A DNA stretch of 64,000 nt, taken from assembly GCA_041690395.1 (NCBI GenBank), contig JAWLHJ010000007.1, positions 32,001 to 96,000 of the forward strand. The letters run 5' to 3'. Positions 38,448 through 48,668 of this stretch are shown here, piece after piece. The position numbers and the translations under genes are program-made. The number at the start of each line of letters is the position of its first letter. Position 1 is the first letter of the stretch. The notes beneath the pieces are model-generated. The model was not told the origin of the DNA. It did not search any database and worked only from the letters and a program-made list of their open reading frames with translations. Source of the DNA: Longimicrobiales bacterium. Lineage in GTDB: Bacteria > Gemmatimonadota > Gemmatimonadetes > Longimicrobiales > Gaopeijiaceae.

Positions 38448-39389
38448 ATGAGCATGGGCACCACGCATCGGGCCAGAGCGCTGGCCTCCCTTCTGATCGT
38501 CGCGGCCGCGCTGGCCGCGTGCGGAGATGCTCCTCTCGAGTTGCGGGTGGAGCAAGCATGGTCGGACGAGGAGTTCGACTTCTCCGCCCGCGACGTGATC
38601 GCGTTCGAGTCGCACCGCGACGGGAACCGCGAGATCTACCTCATGGCCGACGACGGGATGGACGGAATCAACATCACGAACCATCCCGCTCAGGACGGAG
38701 ATGCGTCGTGGTCGCCGGACGGCGAGCGGATCGCTTTCGCGTCCACCCGGGACGGCAACACCGAGATCTACGTGATGGATGCGGACGGCTCGAACGTCAC
38801 GCGCCTGACCGACCACCCCGCGATCGACCGGTTCCCCAGCTGGTCCCCGGATGGCGAGCGGATTGCCTTCTCATCGACCCGGGACGGGAACTCCGAGATC
38901 TACGTGATGAACGCGGACGGTTCGGCGGCCGAGCGCCTGACCGACCACGAGGACGAGGACTCCGAGCCGCAGTGGCTCGGCCCGGCCACGCTCGTGTTCT
39001 TCTCGACCCGCTCCGGAAACGGCGACATCTGGAGGATGAGCGTCGACGGAAGCGGACTCGAGAACATCACCGACGACCCCGCGTTCGACGGAGCTCCCAA
39101 GACGGTGCCCGGCTCCACGGCGCCGGGCAAGATCGCGTTCGTCAGCGACCGTGCCGGAGGCAACATGGACCTCTACACGATGAATGCCGACGGGTCGGAC
39201 CTCCGGCGGATCACGACGCACCCAGGGGACGACTTCGACGCCTCCTGGTCGTCGGACGGAGCGCTCCTCGCGTTCGACACCGACCGGAACGGCAGCTGGG
39301 ACATCTACGTCGTCGAAGCCGCCGGCACCAACACCGTACGCCTGACCGCCACTGACGCGGACGACGAGCGTCCCGTCTGGCGACCCTGA
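38448..39389 (+). CDS. TolB-like PD40-repeat beta-propeller lipoprotein
   Basis: Lipobox LAAC; repeated WSPDGERIAF.S.RDGN.EIYVM.ADGS. Confidence 0.88.
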   Translation: MSMGTTHRARALASLLIVAAALAACGDAPLELRVEQAWSDEEFDFSARDVIAFESHRDGNREIYLMADDGMDGINITNHPAQDGDASWSPDGERIAFASTRDGNTEIYVMDADGSNVTRLTDHPAIDRFPSWSPDGERIAFSSTRDGNSEIYVMNADGSAAERLTDHEDEDSEPQWLGPATLVFFSTRSGNGDIWRMSVDGSGLENITDDPAFDGAPKTVPGSTAPGKIAFVSDRAGGNMDLYTMNADGSDLRRITTHPGDDFDASWSSDGALLAFDTDRNGSWDIYVVEAAGTNTVRLTATDADDERPVWRP

Positions 39390-39424
39390 TGGAATCCCGC
39401 AGCGTAACCCAAGGAGAACACAAG

Positions 39425-40210
39425 ATGTACCAGCGCAATCATATTCCGAGCCGACGGAAATTCTGGGGCGTCACGGTCGCCCTGGTGGCCCTCACCGCCT
39501 CCGGATGCGACGAGAGCACGGTCGCGCCACCCGTCGAGGAAGAGGAGGAGGTCCTGCCGGGGGCGATCGCGGTGACCACCGAGACGTCTGGCTTCATGAA
39601 GGACAACGGCTACGAGCTGATGGTGGACGGCGAGAGCACGGGGGCCATCGGACCGAACGAGCAGATCACGATCGCGGACCTCGATCCCGCGACCTACGAG
39701 GTCGCGCTCGGAGACGTGGCGGACAACTGCTCGGTGGACGCCGTTTCCGTGGATGTCGGTGCCGACCAGACGGCCGAGGCGACACTGAGCGTGGTGTGCG
39801 CGCCCGGCGATGGCACCGAGTACACCATCCAGTTCGGGCGGGAGCGGCCGAACCTCGATGACGGTGAGGTCATCGTGTGTCCGTTCAGCATCTGCTCGGA
39901 CAACACGGTGTGGGACATCTATGTGCACAACAGCACCCAGACCGACCCGCACGCCGTCATCCGGCAGAACCAGACGCTCGGAACGGAGATCGCGCATCTC
40001 CCGGGCATCACGCTCGACGTGCTCACCGAGGAGGACGTAGCGGGGGCGGTGTTCACCACCGACCTCGTCGCCGATCCGTTCGACGCCGAGCGCGTGATCC
40101 TGATCCGGACGAGCGCAGGTGGCGTCTATGCCCTCGGCAATCCGGTCGAGGATGGAACGGCACTGACGCTCACGTTCGACGCGGTCCTGGTCGTGGATCC
40201 GAGTCCGTAG
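39425..40210 (+). CDS. Hypothetical lipoprotein (Ig-like N-domain, possible HmuY-like C-domain)
   Basis: AAGGAG RBS; lipobox ASGC; VADNCSV..VVC disulfide pair; WDIY..IRQN and VILIRTSAGGVYAL. Confidence 0.7.
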   Translation: MYQRNHIPSRRKFWGVTVALVALTASGCDESTVAPPVEEEEEVLPGAIAVTTETSGFMKDNGYELMVDGESTGAIGPNEQITIADLDPATYEVALGDVADNCSVDAVSVDVGADQTAEATLSVVCAPGDGTEYTIQFGRERPNLDDGEVIVCPFSICSDNTVWDIYVHNSTQTDPHAVIRQNQTLGTEIAHLPGITLDVLTEEDVAGAVFTTDLVADPFDAERVILIRTSAGGVYALGNPVEDGTALTLTFDAVLVVDPSP

Positions 40211-40235
40211 ATTCCGGCAGCCGGTCCCGAACACG

Positions 40236-40271
40236 AAGCGGCTCCGGGTCGAAAGGCCCGGGGCCGCTTTT
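40236..40271 (+). terminator. Rho-independent terminator ending the extended tad operon
   Basis: AAGCGGCTCCGGGTC-GAAA-GGCCCGGGGCCGC-TTTT. Confidence 0.8.
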
Positions 40272-40826
40272 CTAATCCACGATGCGCCGGGCGGCGACCA
40301 GCCGTTGCCGCCAGTAGGGGTTTGAGAGGTCGGACACCCTCACTCCGTTCGAGCTGCTGTGGATGAACTCACCGGCCCCGACGTAGAGGCCGACGTGGTC
40401 CGTCGCGCCGTCACCGTCTTCCGTGAAGCCGAGCACGTCGCCGGGCCGGAGGAGTCGAGGGTCGGGGGCGACAGGAGAGCCCGATCCGATCTGGGCCCGG
40501 CTGATGCGCGGGAGCAGGATGCCCACCTGCGCGTACGCGTACTGGATGAGGCCCGAGCAGTCGAAGCCACCGGCGCCGGTGCCCCCCCACACGTACGGGG
40601 TGCCGATGGATGCCAGCGCGATCTCGACGACCTGGCTCGTGACCCGGTTGGCCTCGGTCGCGGGGTCGTCGAGGACCGGACCGGGCGCGGGTGTGGCCGG
40701 CCGGTCGGGAGCGGGCGCGCGCACGACCTCCGGCGGTGGACGGACGGGCGCGGGCGCACCGACCATCGTACAGGCCCCGAGGAGCGATGACGCCGAGGCG
40801 ACCAGGAACAGACGGTGAAGGCTCAT
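40272..40826 (-). CDS. NlpC/P60 (C40) peptidase lipoprotein
   Basis: Lipobox LGAC; GTPYVWGG..GFDCSGL, HVGLYVG..FIHSS. Confidence 0.92.
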   Translation of the reverse strand: MSLHRLFLVASASSLLGACTMVGAPAPVRPPPEVVRAPAPDRPATPAPGPVLDDPATEANRVTSQVVEIALASIGTPYVWGGTGAGGFDCSGLIQYAYAQVGILLPRISRAQIGSGSPVAPDPRLLRPGDVLGFTEDGDGATDHVGLYVGAGEFIHSSSNGVRVSDLSNPYWRQRLVAARRIVD

Positions 40827-40919
40827 CCTTCCACGGTGGGAGTCCCGGTCCGCGGAAGTCAACGAAAATCCCGCGGGACCGCCGTCACCGGTTGAGGTCC
40901 GGGACGACGTCGTGGATAC

Positions 40920-43127
40920 TTGGAGGTCGTGACCCTGGGTCCCGTTTCGGGAGGTGGTGTGCTGGACTCCCTGTTCTTCCCGCGCTCGGTGGCGGTCGTG
41001 GGCGCCTCGCGCGATCCGCAGGCCGTCGGTCACCGCATCGTGACTGCGCTCCTCCACGCCGGGTTGCAGGGGGCGATCTACCCCGTGAACCCCAGTGCGG
41101 ACGCCATCGCCGGCGTACCCGCCCATCCGTCTCTGGCCTCGGTCGGTCGTCCGGTCGACCTGGCGGTGATCGCGGTCCCCGCGGCGCGCGTTCCCGAAGC
41201 CGTCGACGATTGCGCCGAGGCCGGAGTTCGTGCGCTGGTCGTGGTCACCGCCGGCTACGCCGAGGTGGGCCCGGAGGGGGCACGCCGCCAGGCGTCGCTC
41301 GTGGATCAGGCGAAGGCCCACGGCATGCGTCTCGTGGGACCCAACTGTCTGGGCGTGATTCAGACCGACCCGAACGTGCGCATGAACGCCACCTTCGCCC
41401 CGGACATGCCGCCACGGGGCAGGGTGGCGTTCTGCTCCCAGAGCGGCGCCCTCGGGGTCGCGGTCATCGCTCTGGCACGCGAGATCGGATTGGGGATGTC
41501 CACGTTCGTGAGCATCGGCAACCGCGCCGACGTATCCGGGAACGATCTTCTGGAGTACTGGGAGAGCGACGAGAGCACGGACGTGATGCTCTACTACCTG
41601 GAGTCGTTCGGAGACCCCCGGCGCTTCGCTCGCCTCGCCAGGCGGGTCGGGCGACAGAAGCCCATCGTCGTCGTGAAGTCGGGACGGTCGGAGGCAGGTC
41701 GCCGCGCCGCCTCCTCGCACACCGCGGCCCTCACCTCGCCGGATACGGCCGTCGAGGCACTGGTCCGCCAGGCCGGGATCATCCGTGCCGACACGCTCGA
41801 GGAGATGTTCCACGTGGCGAGGGTCCTCGTGCACCAGCCGCTCCCCGAGGGGCGCCGGGTCGGCGTGGTCACCAATGCCGGCGGTCCGGCCATTCTCTGC
41901 GTGGACGCGCTCCAGGCCGCCGGCCTGGAGGTTCCCGAGCTGGGTGCCGACGTCAAGGATACGTTGGCGGGATTCCTTCCCGCCGAGGCCAGCTTCCGGA
42001 ATCCCGTCGACATGATCGCCGCCGCCGGCCCCGAGGAGTACCGCCGAGCCGTCTCGGTGCTGCTGGCGGACGATGGGATCGACGCCCTGGTCGTGCTCCA
42101 CACACCCGTAGGCGTCCACTCGCCGGAAGCCATGGCGCGCGCCGTATGCGACGGACTCGACGAGGCCCGCCGGAGCGGTGGGGTCGACAAAACGGTCGTG
42201 GCTTCCATCGTGGGGTCCGGGCTCCGGACCTACGAGCTCCGGTCGGGTGAGGGGGAGGTCGTGCCCGTCTTCCTCTTCCCTGAAGAAATCGGGGCCACGC
42301 TGGGCAAGATCGCCCGGTACGCCGAATGGCGGGCGGCTCCTCTCGGCGACTACCGGACGTTCGACGACCTCGCGCTGGAGCGCTCGCGAGATATCTGCCG
42401 AAGCGCGCTCGAGGCGCGGGGCCCGGGGTGGCTCGGTGTCGCCGAGGCACGAGCGGTGCTGGAGGCGGCCGGGATCGTCACCACGCCGGGAGGTGTGGCG
42501 GGCTCGGGGGAAGAGGCCGTCCGCCTCGCCGACGGCGTGGGATACCCGGTCGCCCTCAAGCTGGCTTCCACCGGACTCGTCCATAAGACCGAGGTCGGTG
42601 GCGTGCGGCTGGGGCTCGAAGATGCCGAAGCGGTGCGGACGGCATTCCGGGAGATCCGTGAGCGCCTTGCCGACGAGGGACGAGAGGAGGACATCGAGGG
42701 CGCGCTCGTCCAGCCGATGCTGACGGGTGCGGCGGAGATCATGATCGGCGCCCAGGCAGATCGCTCTTTCGGACACATCCTGGCGTTCGGGCTCGGCGGG
42801 ATCCACGTGGAGATCCTGCGGGACGTTTCCTTCGGGGTGGCACCGCTCACCGACACGGATGCCGAGCAGATGGCACGGGGCATCCGTGGCTTCCGCCTCC
42901 TCGAGGGCTACCGCGGCCACCCGGCCGCGGACGTGCCAGCCCTGGAGGAGGCCCTTCAGCGCGTCTCGCGGCTCGTGGAGGCGGTCCCGGAGATCGAGGA
43001 GATGGACCTGAACCCGATCTTCGCGCTGGAGCCCGGACAGGGCTACCGGGTGGCGGACGTGCGCATCGCGGTCGCCGAGCCGGCGGGGAATCCGGAGGCG
43101 GCCCCGCCGGACGACCGGAAAGGTTGA
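40920..43127 (+). CDS. ADP-forming acetate/acyl-CoA ligase, fused alpha-beta (exact start uncertain)
   Basis: PRSVAVVGAS, GPNCLG, SQSGAL, SSHTAAL, NPVD, HKTEVGGV, EMDLNP. Confidence 0.9.
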   Translation: MEVVTLGPVSGGGVLDSLFFPRSVAVVGASRDPQAVGHRIVTALLHAGLQGAIYPVNPSADAIAGVPAHPSLASVGRPVDLAVIAVPAARVPEAVDDCAEAGVRALVVVTAGYAEVGPEGARRQASLVDQAKAHGMRLVGPNCLGVIQTDPNVRMNATFAPDMPPRGRVAFCSQSGALGVAVIALAREIGLGMSTFVSIGNRADVSGNDLLEYWESDESTDVMLYYLESFGDPRRFARLARRVGRQKPIVVVKSGRSEAGRRAASSHTAALTSPDTAVEALVRQAGIIRADTLEEMFHVARVLVHQPLPEGRRVGVVTNAGGPAILCVDALQAAGLEVPELGADVKDTLAGFLPAEASFRNPVDMIAAAGPEEYRRAVSVLLADDGIDALVVLHTPVGVHSPEAMARAVCDGLDEARRSGGVDKTVVASIVGSGLRTYELRSGEGEVVPVFLFPEEIGATLGKIARYAEWRAAPLGDYRTFDDLALERSRDICRSALEARGPGWLGVAEARAVLEAAGIVTTPGGVAGSGEEAVRLADGVGYPVALKLASTGLVHKTEVGGVRLGLEDAEAVRTAFREIRERLADEGREEDIEGALVQPMLTGAAEIMIGAQADRSFGHILAFGLGGIHVEILRDVSFGVAPLTDTDAEQMARGIRGFRLLEGYRGHPAADVPALEEALQRVSRLVEAVPEIEEMDLNPIFALEPGQGYRVADVRIAVAEPAGNPEAAPPDDRKG

Positions 43128-43201
43128 TCCTGGACGTACCGCGGTCGGAGGACGCAGGTTGTCGGTCCGAGCCGTCCGCACCCCAGGCCGAGGTGATCAT
43201 C

Positions 43202-44179
43202 ATGCGCCGAGCCCGTATCGTCCCCGTCGCGATCCTGCTGTCCTGCCTCCTTCCGGCGGCCTGTCGTGACGCGCCGCCCCCCGACTCGGCCGACGCGAGC
43301 GATACACCGAACCCCGCCCATCTCGCTCCCGACCCGCTCACGGTGCCGCAGACCGTCTCACTCCTCGGCGAGGAGCTCTACGCCATGGAGGACACGACCG
43401 GCGCCATCGCCGCGGCCGACTCGGCGCTGGCCGAGGCCCCGGACGACGTCGAGCGGCTGATCGAGGCGGGAAGGGTCCGCAGGAACTTCTGGCACTACCG
43501 GCAGGCCATGGCGCTCTACACGCGGGCGGCGGAGCTGGCCCCGGAGGACTGGCGCCCCTACCGGTTCCGCGGGCACCGCTACATCTCGCTCAGGGACTTC
43601 GACGAGGCCATCGTCGACCTCGAGCGGGCCCGGGAGCTCGCGCCGCTCAACTGGGACGTGTCCTATCATCTGGGGCTCGCCTACTTCCTGGCGGGACGCT
43701 TCGACGACGCGGCGGACGAGTATCTGCGATGCCTTGGCCTGGCCAACGACGATGCGGCCCGTGCGGCGGCGTCTCCGGACTTCCGCTCCTGCTCGGCCAA
43801 CGGAGACGACCCGGAGTCCTGGGTGGCCATGACCGAGTGGGCGGTGCGAGCCCTCATGCGAGCCGGGAGGAACGAGGAGTCCGAGCGGCTCCTGGCCGAA
43901 GTGCCGAGCGAGCTCGATGTCGAGGAGAACATCGCCTACTACCACACGCTCCTGCTGTACAAGGGCGAGATGACCGCGGATGATCTGCTGAACCCGGGGC
44001 CGGATGCGCCGTACCGGCTGGAGACGGTGGGGTTCGCGGTGGCCAACTGGATGCTCGCCCGGGGGGAGACGGCCGAGGCGCGTGCGGTGCTCGAGCAGCT
44101 CGTGGAGGATCCCTGGTGGCCCGGGTTCGGACGTATCGCCGCTGAAGTCGAGTTGGCGCGGATGGGCGGTCCCGGCTGA
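43202..44179 (+). CDS. TPR-containing lipoprotein
   Basis: Lipobox PAAC; YRFRGHRYISLRDF..A..D, YHLGLAYFL. Confidence 0.8.
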   Translation: MRRARIVPVAILLSCLLPAACRDAPPPDSADASDTPNPAHLAPDPLTVPQTVSLLGEELYAMEDTTGAIAAADSALAEAPDDVERLIEAGRVRRNFWHYRQAMALYTRAAELAPEDWRPYRFRGHRYISLRDFDEAIVDLERARELAPLNWDVSYHLGLAYFLAGRFDDAADEYLRCLGLANDDAARAAASPDFRSCSANGDDPESWVAMTEWAVRALMRAGRNEESERLLAEVPSELDVEENIAYYHTLLLYKGEMTADDLLNPGPDAPYRLETVGFAVANWMLARGETAEARAVLEQLVEDPWWPGFGRIAAEVELARMGGPG

Positions 44180-44272
44180 GTCGGCCGCGGCCGACCGCGT
44201 CGCGTTGGTTTGACGCGGGCGCCCGCGGTCCGTAATTGTCATCCAACCCACTCTTGCTTGTCGAGGAACACC

Positions 44273-47233
44273 GTGAAGGGAATCCATTTCGCGTTGGCGC
44301 TGGCGCTCCTGCCCGTCGGGGTCGCCGCCCAGCAGACGACCCGCACGCAGCCCGTCGAGGGCATGCGGGAGAACACGGCCACCTTCCATGCCCTGACCGG
44401 GGCGCGGGTCGTCACCGCTCCGGGCCAGGTCATCGACGGCGCGACCGTCGTCATCCGGGACGGGATCATCCAGGCGGTGGGACCGAACGTCAGCCCTCCG
44501 GCGGGAGCCCGGGTGTGGGACCTCAGCGGGCACACGATCTACCCCGGCTTCATCGACGCCCACGCCGATCTCGGCCTGGACGCCGTTCCCGAGGACGGTG
44601 ACATCGGTCCGACGCACTGGAATCCGCAGGTGCGCGCGTGGTTCAGCACCACGATGAACCTGACCGACGAGTCCGAGCGGAGAAGCTCCCTCCGCTCGCA
44701 GGGCTTCGGCGTGGCCCTCGCCGTGCCCAAGCAGGGAATCTTCCGCGGGAAGGGATCGGTCGTGAACCTCGGCGACGGTGGCCCCCGCGACCGCGTCCTC
44801 CGGCCCGACCTGGTGCAGGCCGTCGGCTTCCAGAGGAGCTTCCAGCTGGGCGGGTCGTATCCGAACTCGCCCATGGGGACCGTCGCGCTCATGGAGCAGA
44901 CGTTCATGGACGCAGACTGGTACCAGCGGGCGTGGGCCGCGTACGAGTCCAGCGGAAGGGCGTTCCTGCCGCCCGAGACGAGTGCGGCCCTCGAAGCCCT
45001 AGAATCCGTGATCGCGGGCCGGCAGCCGGCCCTCTTCGAGACGGGATCCGAGGAGGAGTACCTGCGGGCCCATCGGATCGCCGGCGAGTTCGGCGTGACA
45101 CCATGGTTCCGGGGCAGCGGTCAGGAGTACCGCATCGTGGACGTTCTCCAGGGCCGGACCGATCCGTTGATCGTTCCGCTCGACTTCCCCGACGCGCCGG
45201 ACGTCGACGACCCGGAGGCGGCTCTCAATACCTCCCTGGCGGAGCTGCGTCATTGGTACCTCGCTCCCACGAGCCCGGGAGCGCTGGCGCGCGCCGGGGT
45301 CCCCTTTGCGATCACCTCGGACGGGCTCGCCTCGCTGAACCAGTTCCTTCCCAACCTGCGTATCGCGGTGGCGCGGGGTCTCAGCCCCGCGGACGCACTG
45401 GCGGCGCTCACCGTCACGCCGGCCGGTTGGTTGGGCATCGAGCGGACCCACGGCACGATCGCCGAGGGGAAGGTGGCGAACCTCGTGGTGGCGGACGGGG
45501 ACCTCTTCACGCAGGAGGCCGACGTCGTGGACGTCTGGATCGACGGCCGCGCCTACGACGTGACCCGCTCTCCGGTCATCGACGCCCGTGGCACCTGGCG
45601 GATCGCGTCCAGCGACGACTTCGGCTTCGAGGCCGAGCTCAGACTGGAAGGACCGTTGAACCGGCTCGAGGGACACATCGTGGTCGCACCGGACGGACCG
45701 GGCGGCGGTATCACGATCCCGCTTACCGCCGCATCGGTGGTGGCCGAGACCGGGGGGCTCGAAGTGCGCTTCCCGGGCGACCCGCTGGAGTACGAGGGGA
45801 GCATCCTCCTGGCCGGCTCGGTGGCCGGCGACGAGTTCTTCGGCTGGAGCAGCCTGCCGAACGGAGCGGATCCGGCGTTCAGCGGATCCCGCACCCAGGA
45901 GTACACGGGCGACGTGCGCGGGACCGTGGCGATGAACGTCCCGGAGCTGGATCTCCCGTTCATTCGTCCGATGATGGAGTACGGACGTTCCTCGATTCCC
46001 GACCAGCCCGCGGCCGTTCTGGTGCGCAACGCCACCGTCTGGACCCAGGGGCCCGACGGGCGCATGGAGAATGCGGACCTCCTGATCCGGGCGGGAGAGG
46101 TCGCCGAGGTCGGGCAGAACCTGAGCGCCCCCTCGGGCGCCGTGGTGATCGACGGCACGGGCAAGCACGTGACGCCCGGCCTGATCGACCCGCACATCCA
46201 CTCGGGAACGAACGGCGTCAACGAGAGCGGCTTCGCCATCGTGCCCGAGGTGCAGATGGGCGACGTGGTGACCCACAACAACATCTGGATGTACCGGCAG
46301 CTCGCCGGGGGCCTCACGACCGCCCACATCAAGCATGGCTCGGCGAACCCGATCGGTGGCGAGAACGTGTTCGTGAAGATGCGCTGGGGTGCCCTCCCGG
46401 AGGATCTGAAGCTCGAGGGCGCCCCGCGGACGGTGAAGTTCGCGCTGGGTGAGAATCCGAAGCGGCGGTCCGAGCGTTATCCGGATACGCGCATGGGGGT
46501 GCAGGAGATCGTGCGCGACCACTTCCTCGCGGCCCGGGACTACGAAGCCGAGTGGAACCGGTGGGAAGCCACCGGGGAGGGCATCCCCCCGCGTCGTGAC
46601 CTCCGCATGGAGGCGATCCTGGACATCCTCGATCAGGAGTTGCTGATCTCGTCCCATGGGTATCGACAGGACGAGTTCCTGGCGCTGATCCGCCTCGCCG
46701 AGGAGTTCGGCTTCCGGGTGCAGACGCTGCAGCACGGGGTCGAAGCCTACAAGATCGCGCCGGAGCTGGCGGAGGCGGGTGTGGCCGCCGTGGTGTGGAG
46801 CGACTGGGGGGCGTTCAAGCTCGAGGCGTACGACGCCACGATCTACAACGCCCGGATCCTGATGGAGGCCGGCGTGCTCACGTCCCTCCACTCGGACAAT
46901 TCCGAGATCGCGAGCCGCATGAACTGGGAGGCTGGTAAGCTGCTCAGGACGGGACTCACCGAAGAGCAGGCATTGTCCCTGGTCACGAATCAGGCGGCGC
47001 AGGCGGTCGCCATCGATGAGCACGTGGGGTCGCTCGAGGTGGGCAAGGACGGTGACTTCGTGATCTGGAGCGGAAATCCGCTCTCGCAGTTCACCCGCGC
47101 GGAGCAGACGTGGGTGGACGGCCGGCGCTACTTCTCGCTGGAGGAGGACGCCGAGCTGCGGGCACAGATCGAAGACGAACGAGCGAGACTGATCCAGGCG
47201 ATTCTCGCCTCCGACGGGGGGACGGACCGATGA
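44273..47233 (+). CDS. Exported two-domain amidohydrolase-family protein
   Basis: Signal peptide; IYPGFIDAH and TPGLIDPHIH; KFALGENPK, HSD, GSLEVGKDGD. Confidence 0.88.
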   Translation: MKGIHFALALALLPVGVAAQQTTRTQPVEGMRENTATFHALTGARVVTAPGQVIDGATVVIRDGIIQAVGPNVSPPAGARVWDLSGHTIYPGFIDAHADLGLDAVPEDGDIGPTHWNPQVRAWFSTTMNLTDESERRSSLRSQGFGVALAVPKQGIFRGKGSVVNLGDGGPRDRVLRPDLVQAVGFQRSFQLGGSYPNSPMGTVALMEQTFMDADWYQRAWAAYESSGRAFLPPETSAALEALESVIAGRQPALFETGSEEEYLRAHRIAGEFGVTPWFRGSGQEYRIVDVLQGRTDPLIVPLDFPDAPDVDDPEAALNTSLAELRHWYLAPTSPGALARAGVPFAITSDGLASLNQFLPNLRIAVARGLSPADALAALTVTPAGWLGIERTHGTIAEGKVANLVVADGDLFTQEADVVDVWIDGRAYDVTRSPVIDARGTWRIASSDDFGFEAELRLEGPLNRLEGHIVVAPDGPGGGITIPLTAASVVAETGGLEVRFPGDPLEYEGSILLAGSVAGDEFFGWSSLPNGADPAFSGSRTQEYTGDVRGTVAMNVPELDLPFIRPMMEYGRSSIPDQPAAVLVRNATVWTQGPDGRMENADLLIRAGEVAEVGQNLSAPSGAVVIDGTGKHVTPGLIDPHIHSGTNGVNESGFAIVPEVQMGDVVTHNNIWMYRQLAGGLTTAHIKHGSANPIGGENVFVKMRWGALPEDLKLEGAPRTVKFALGENPKRRSERYPDTRMGVQEIVRDHFLAARDYEAEWNRWEATGEGIPPRRDLRMEAILDILDQELLISSHGYRQDEFLALIRLAEEFGFRVQTLQHGVEAYKIAPELAEAGVAAVVWSDWGAFKLEAYDATIYNARILMEAGVLTSLHSDNSEIASRMNWEAGKLLRTGLTEEQALSLVTNQAAQAVAIDEHVGSLEVGKDGDFVIWSGNPLSQFTRAEQTWVDGRRYFSLEEDAELRAQIEDERARLIQAILASDGGTDR

Positions 47234-48534
47234 GGGCGATGTCGATGAGCGTGAGGGTCTGCGCGACTGCAGCGGCCCTGGTCCTCGGCGGAGCGGCCGT
47301 GGCGGAGGCGCAGGTCCGGATGACGGTCCCGGCGCAGTCGGAGCCGATCGCCCTCCGGGGGGCCACGATCCACACCGTGTCCGACGGCGTGATCGAGAAC
47401 GGAACCATCGTCTTCGAGGACGGGGTCATCACCGCGCTCGGGACCGACGTGCAGATCCCCGCTGGGGCCCGCGTGGTCGATGTGTCCGGCAAGCACCTCT
47501 ATCCCGGACTCATCGACGCCTACAGCACGGTCGGCATCACCGAGATCGGCGCCGTCGACGTCTCCAACGACGTGAACGAGCTCGGTGACTTCAACCCGAA
47601 CGTGCGTGCTGAGGTCGCGGTCAACGCAGAGAGCCGCCACATAGGCACCAGTCGCACCGCGGGCGTCCTCGTCACCGTGAGCACACCGGGGGGCGGACTG
47701 GTGTCGGGCATGTCCTCGGCGCTCAACCTCGAGGGTTGGACATGGGAGGAAATGTCGCTCGAAGGGACCGCGGCGCTCAACGTGAACTGGCCGGATCCCC
47801 TGGAGACGGACGAGGACGAGCCGTCCTACGTGTCGCAGGTCGAGCGTCTGCGCGATTTCTTCGCCGACGCCAGGGCCTACCGTGACGCGGTCGCGGCGGG
47901 TGAGTCCGTGCGGACGGACTCCCGCTACGCGGCGATGATCCCGGCCCTCGATCGCGTGATCCCCGTGGTCATCGCGGCGGACGGTGTGGCGCAGATCAAC
48001 GACGCGATCACGTTCGGCCTCGAGGAAGGCCTCGATGTCGTCATCCGCGGCGGACAGGACGCGATCCACGTGGCCGACCGGCTGGTGGCCCACGACATTC
48101 CCGTGATCCTGACGTCGACCATGGCCGCGCCCGGGCGCGACTGGGAGGGGTACGATCACGAGTACACCGCGGCCGCGCGGCTCCACGAAGCCGGCGTCCG
48201 GTTCGCGATCTCGGGTGGTTCGAGCGCGGCCTACTCCAACCGGCTGCCTTGGGAAGCGGGCGTGGCCGTCGCGTTCGGCCTCCCCGAGGAGGAGGCGGTC
48301 CGGGCCGTGACGCTGAACGCCGCCGAGGTCATGGGTATCGACGACCGGGTCGGGTCGCTGGCGGTCGGAAAGGACGCCACGCTGATCATCACGACCGGAA
48401 ATCCGCTCGACACCACGAGTGACGTCGAGCAGGCGTACATCCAGGGGCGAGAGCTGAACATGCTCGACATCCATCGATTCTTCTTCGAGAAGTACATGGA
48501 GAAGGTGCGGATGTTCAGGCGGCTGGCGTTGTAG
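47230..48534 (+). CDS. Exported amidohydrolase-family protein with degenerate metal site
   Basis: [28 protein letters not shown] overlap. Confidence 0.85.
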   Translation: MRAMSMSVRVCATAAALVLGGAAVAEAQVRMTVPAQSEPIALRGATIHTVSDGVIENGTIVFEDGVITALGTDVQIPAGARVVDVSGKHLYPGLIDAYSTVGITEIGAVDVSNDVNELGDFNPNVRAEVAVNAESRHIGTSRTAGVLVTVSTPGGGLVSGMSSALNLEGWTWEEMSLEGTAALNVNWPDPLETDEDEPSYVSQVERLRDFFADARAYRDAVAAGESVRTDSRYAAMIPALDRVIPVVIAADGVAQINDAITFGLEEGLDVVIRGGQDAIHVADRLVAHDIPVILTSTMAAPGRDWEGYDHEYTAAARLHEAGVRFAISGGSSAAYSNRLPWEAGVAVAFGLPEEEAVRAVTLNAAEVMGIDDRVGSLAVGKDATLIITTGNPLDTTSDVEQAYIQGRELNMLDIHRFFFEKYMEKVRMFRRLAL

Positions 48535-48668
48535 CAGCGGTAACCACGCGGGAGGGCGGGGGGCAGGATTGCCCGGAAGTGCGTTCGGGGCCACTTTTTG
48601 ACGCTGTCCCCCGCCGAGCGCGGGCGGCTCGAAACCGTCCGAGGCCGGCACCCTGCTTCTCCAGCCCG

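Noticed and set aside
40827..43181. 969-aa minus-strand ORF appearing as a giant NlpC/P60 fusion
   Set aside because: The upstream part is the antisense shadow of the acyl-CoA ligase; the real gene starts at ATG 40826 with a lipoprotein signal
44180..44195. Perfect 16-bp palindrome GTCGGCCGCGGCCGAC after the TPR gene
   Set aside because: Single-copy GC palindrome with no U-tract and no repeat family seen
44252..44264. 13-mer TCTTGCTTGTCGA shared with 10985-10997
   Set aside because: The second copy lacks the -24 GG, and a single 13-bp match can arise by chance
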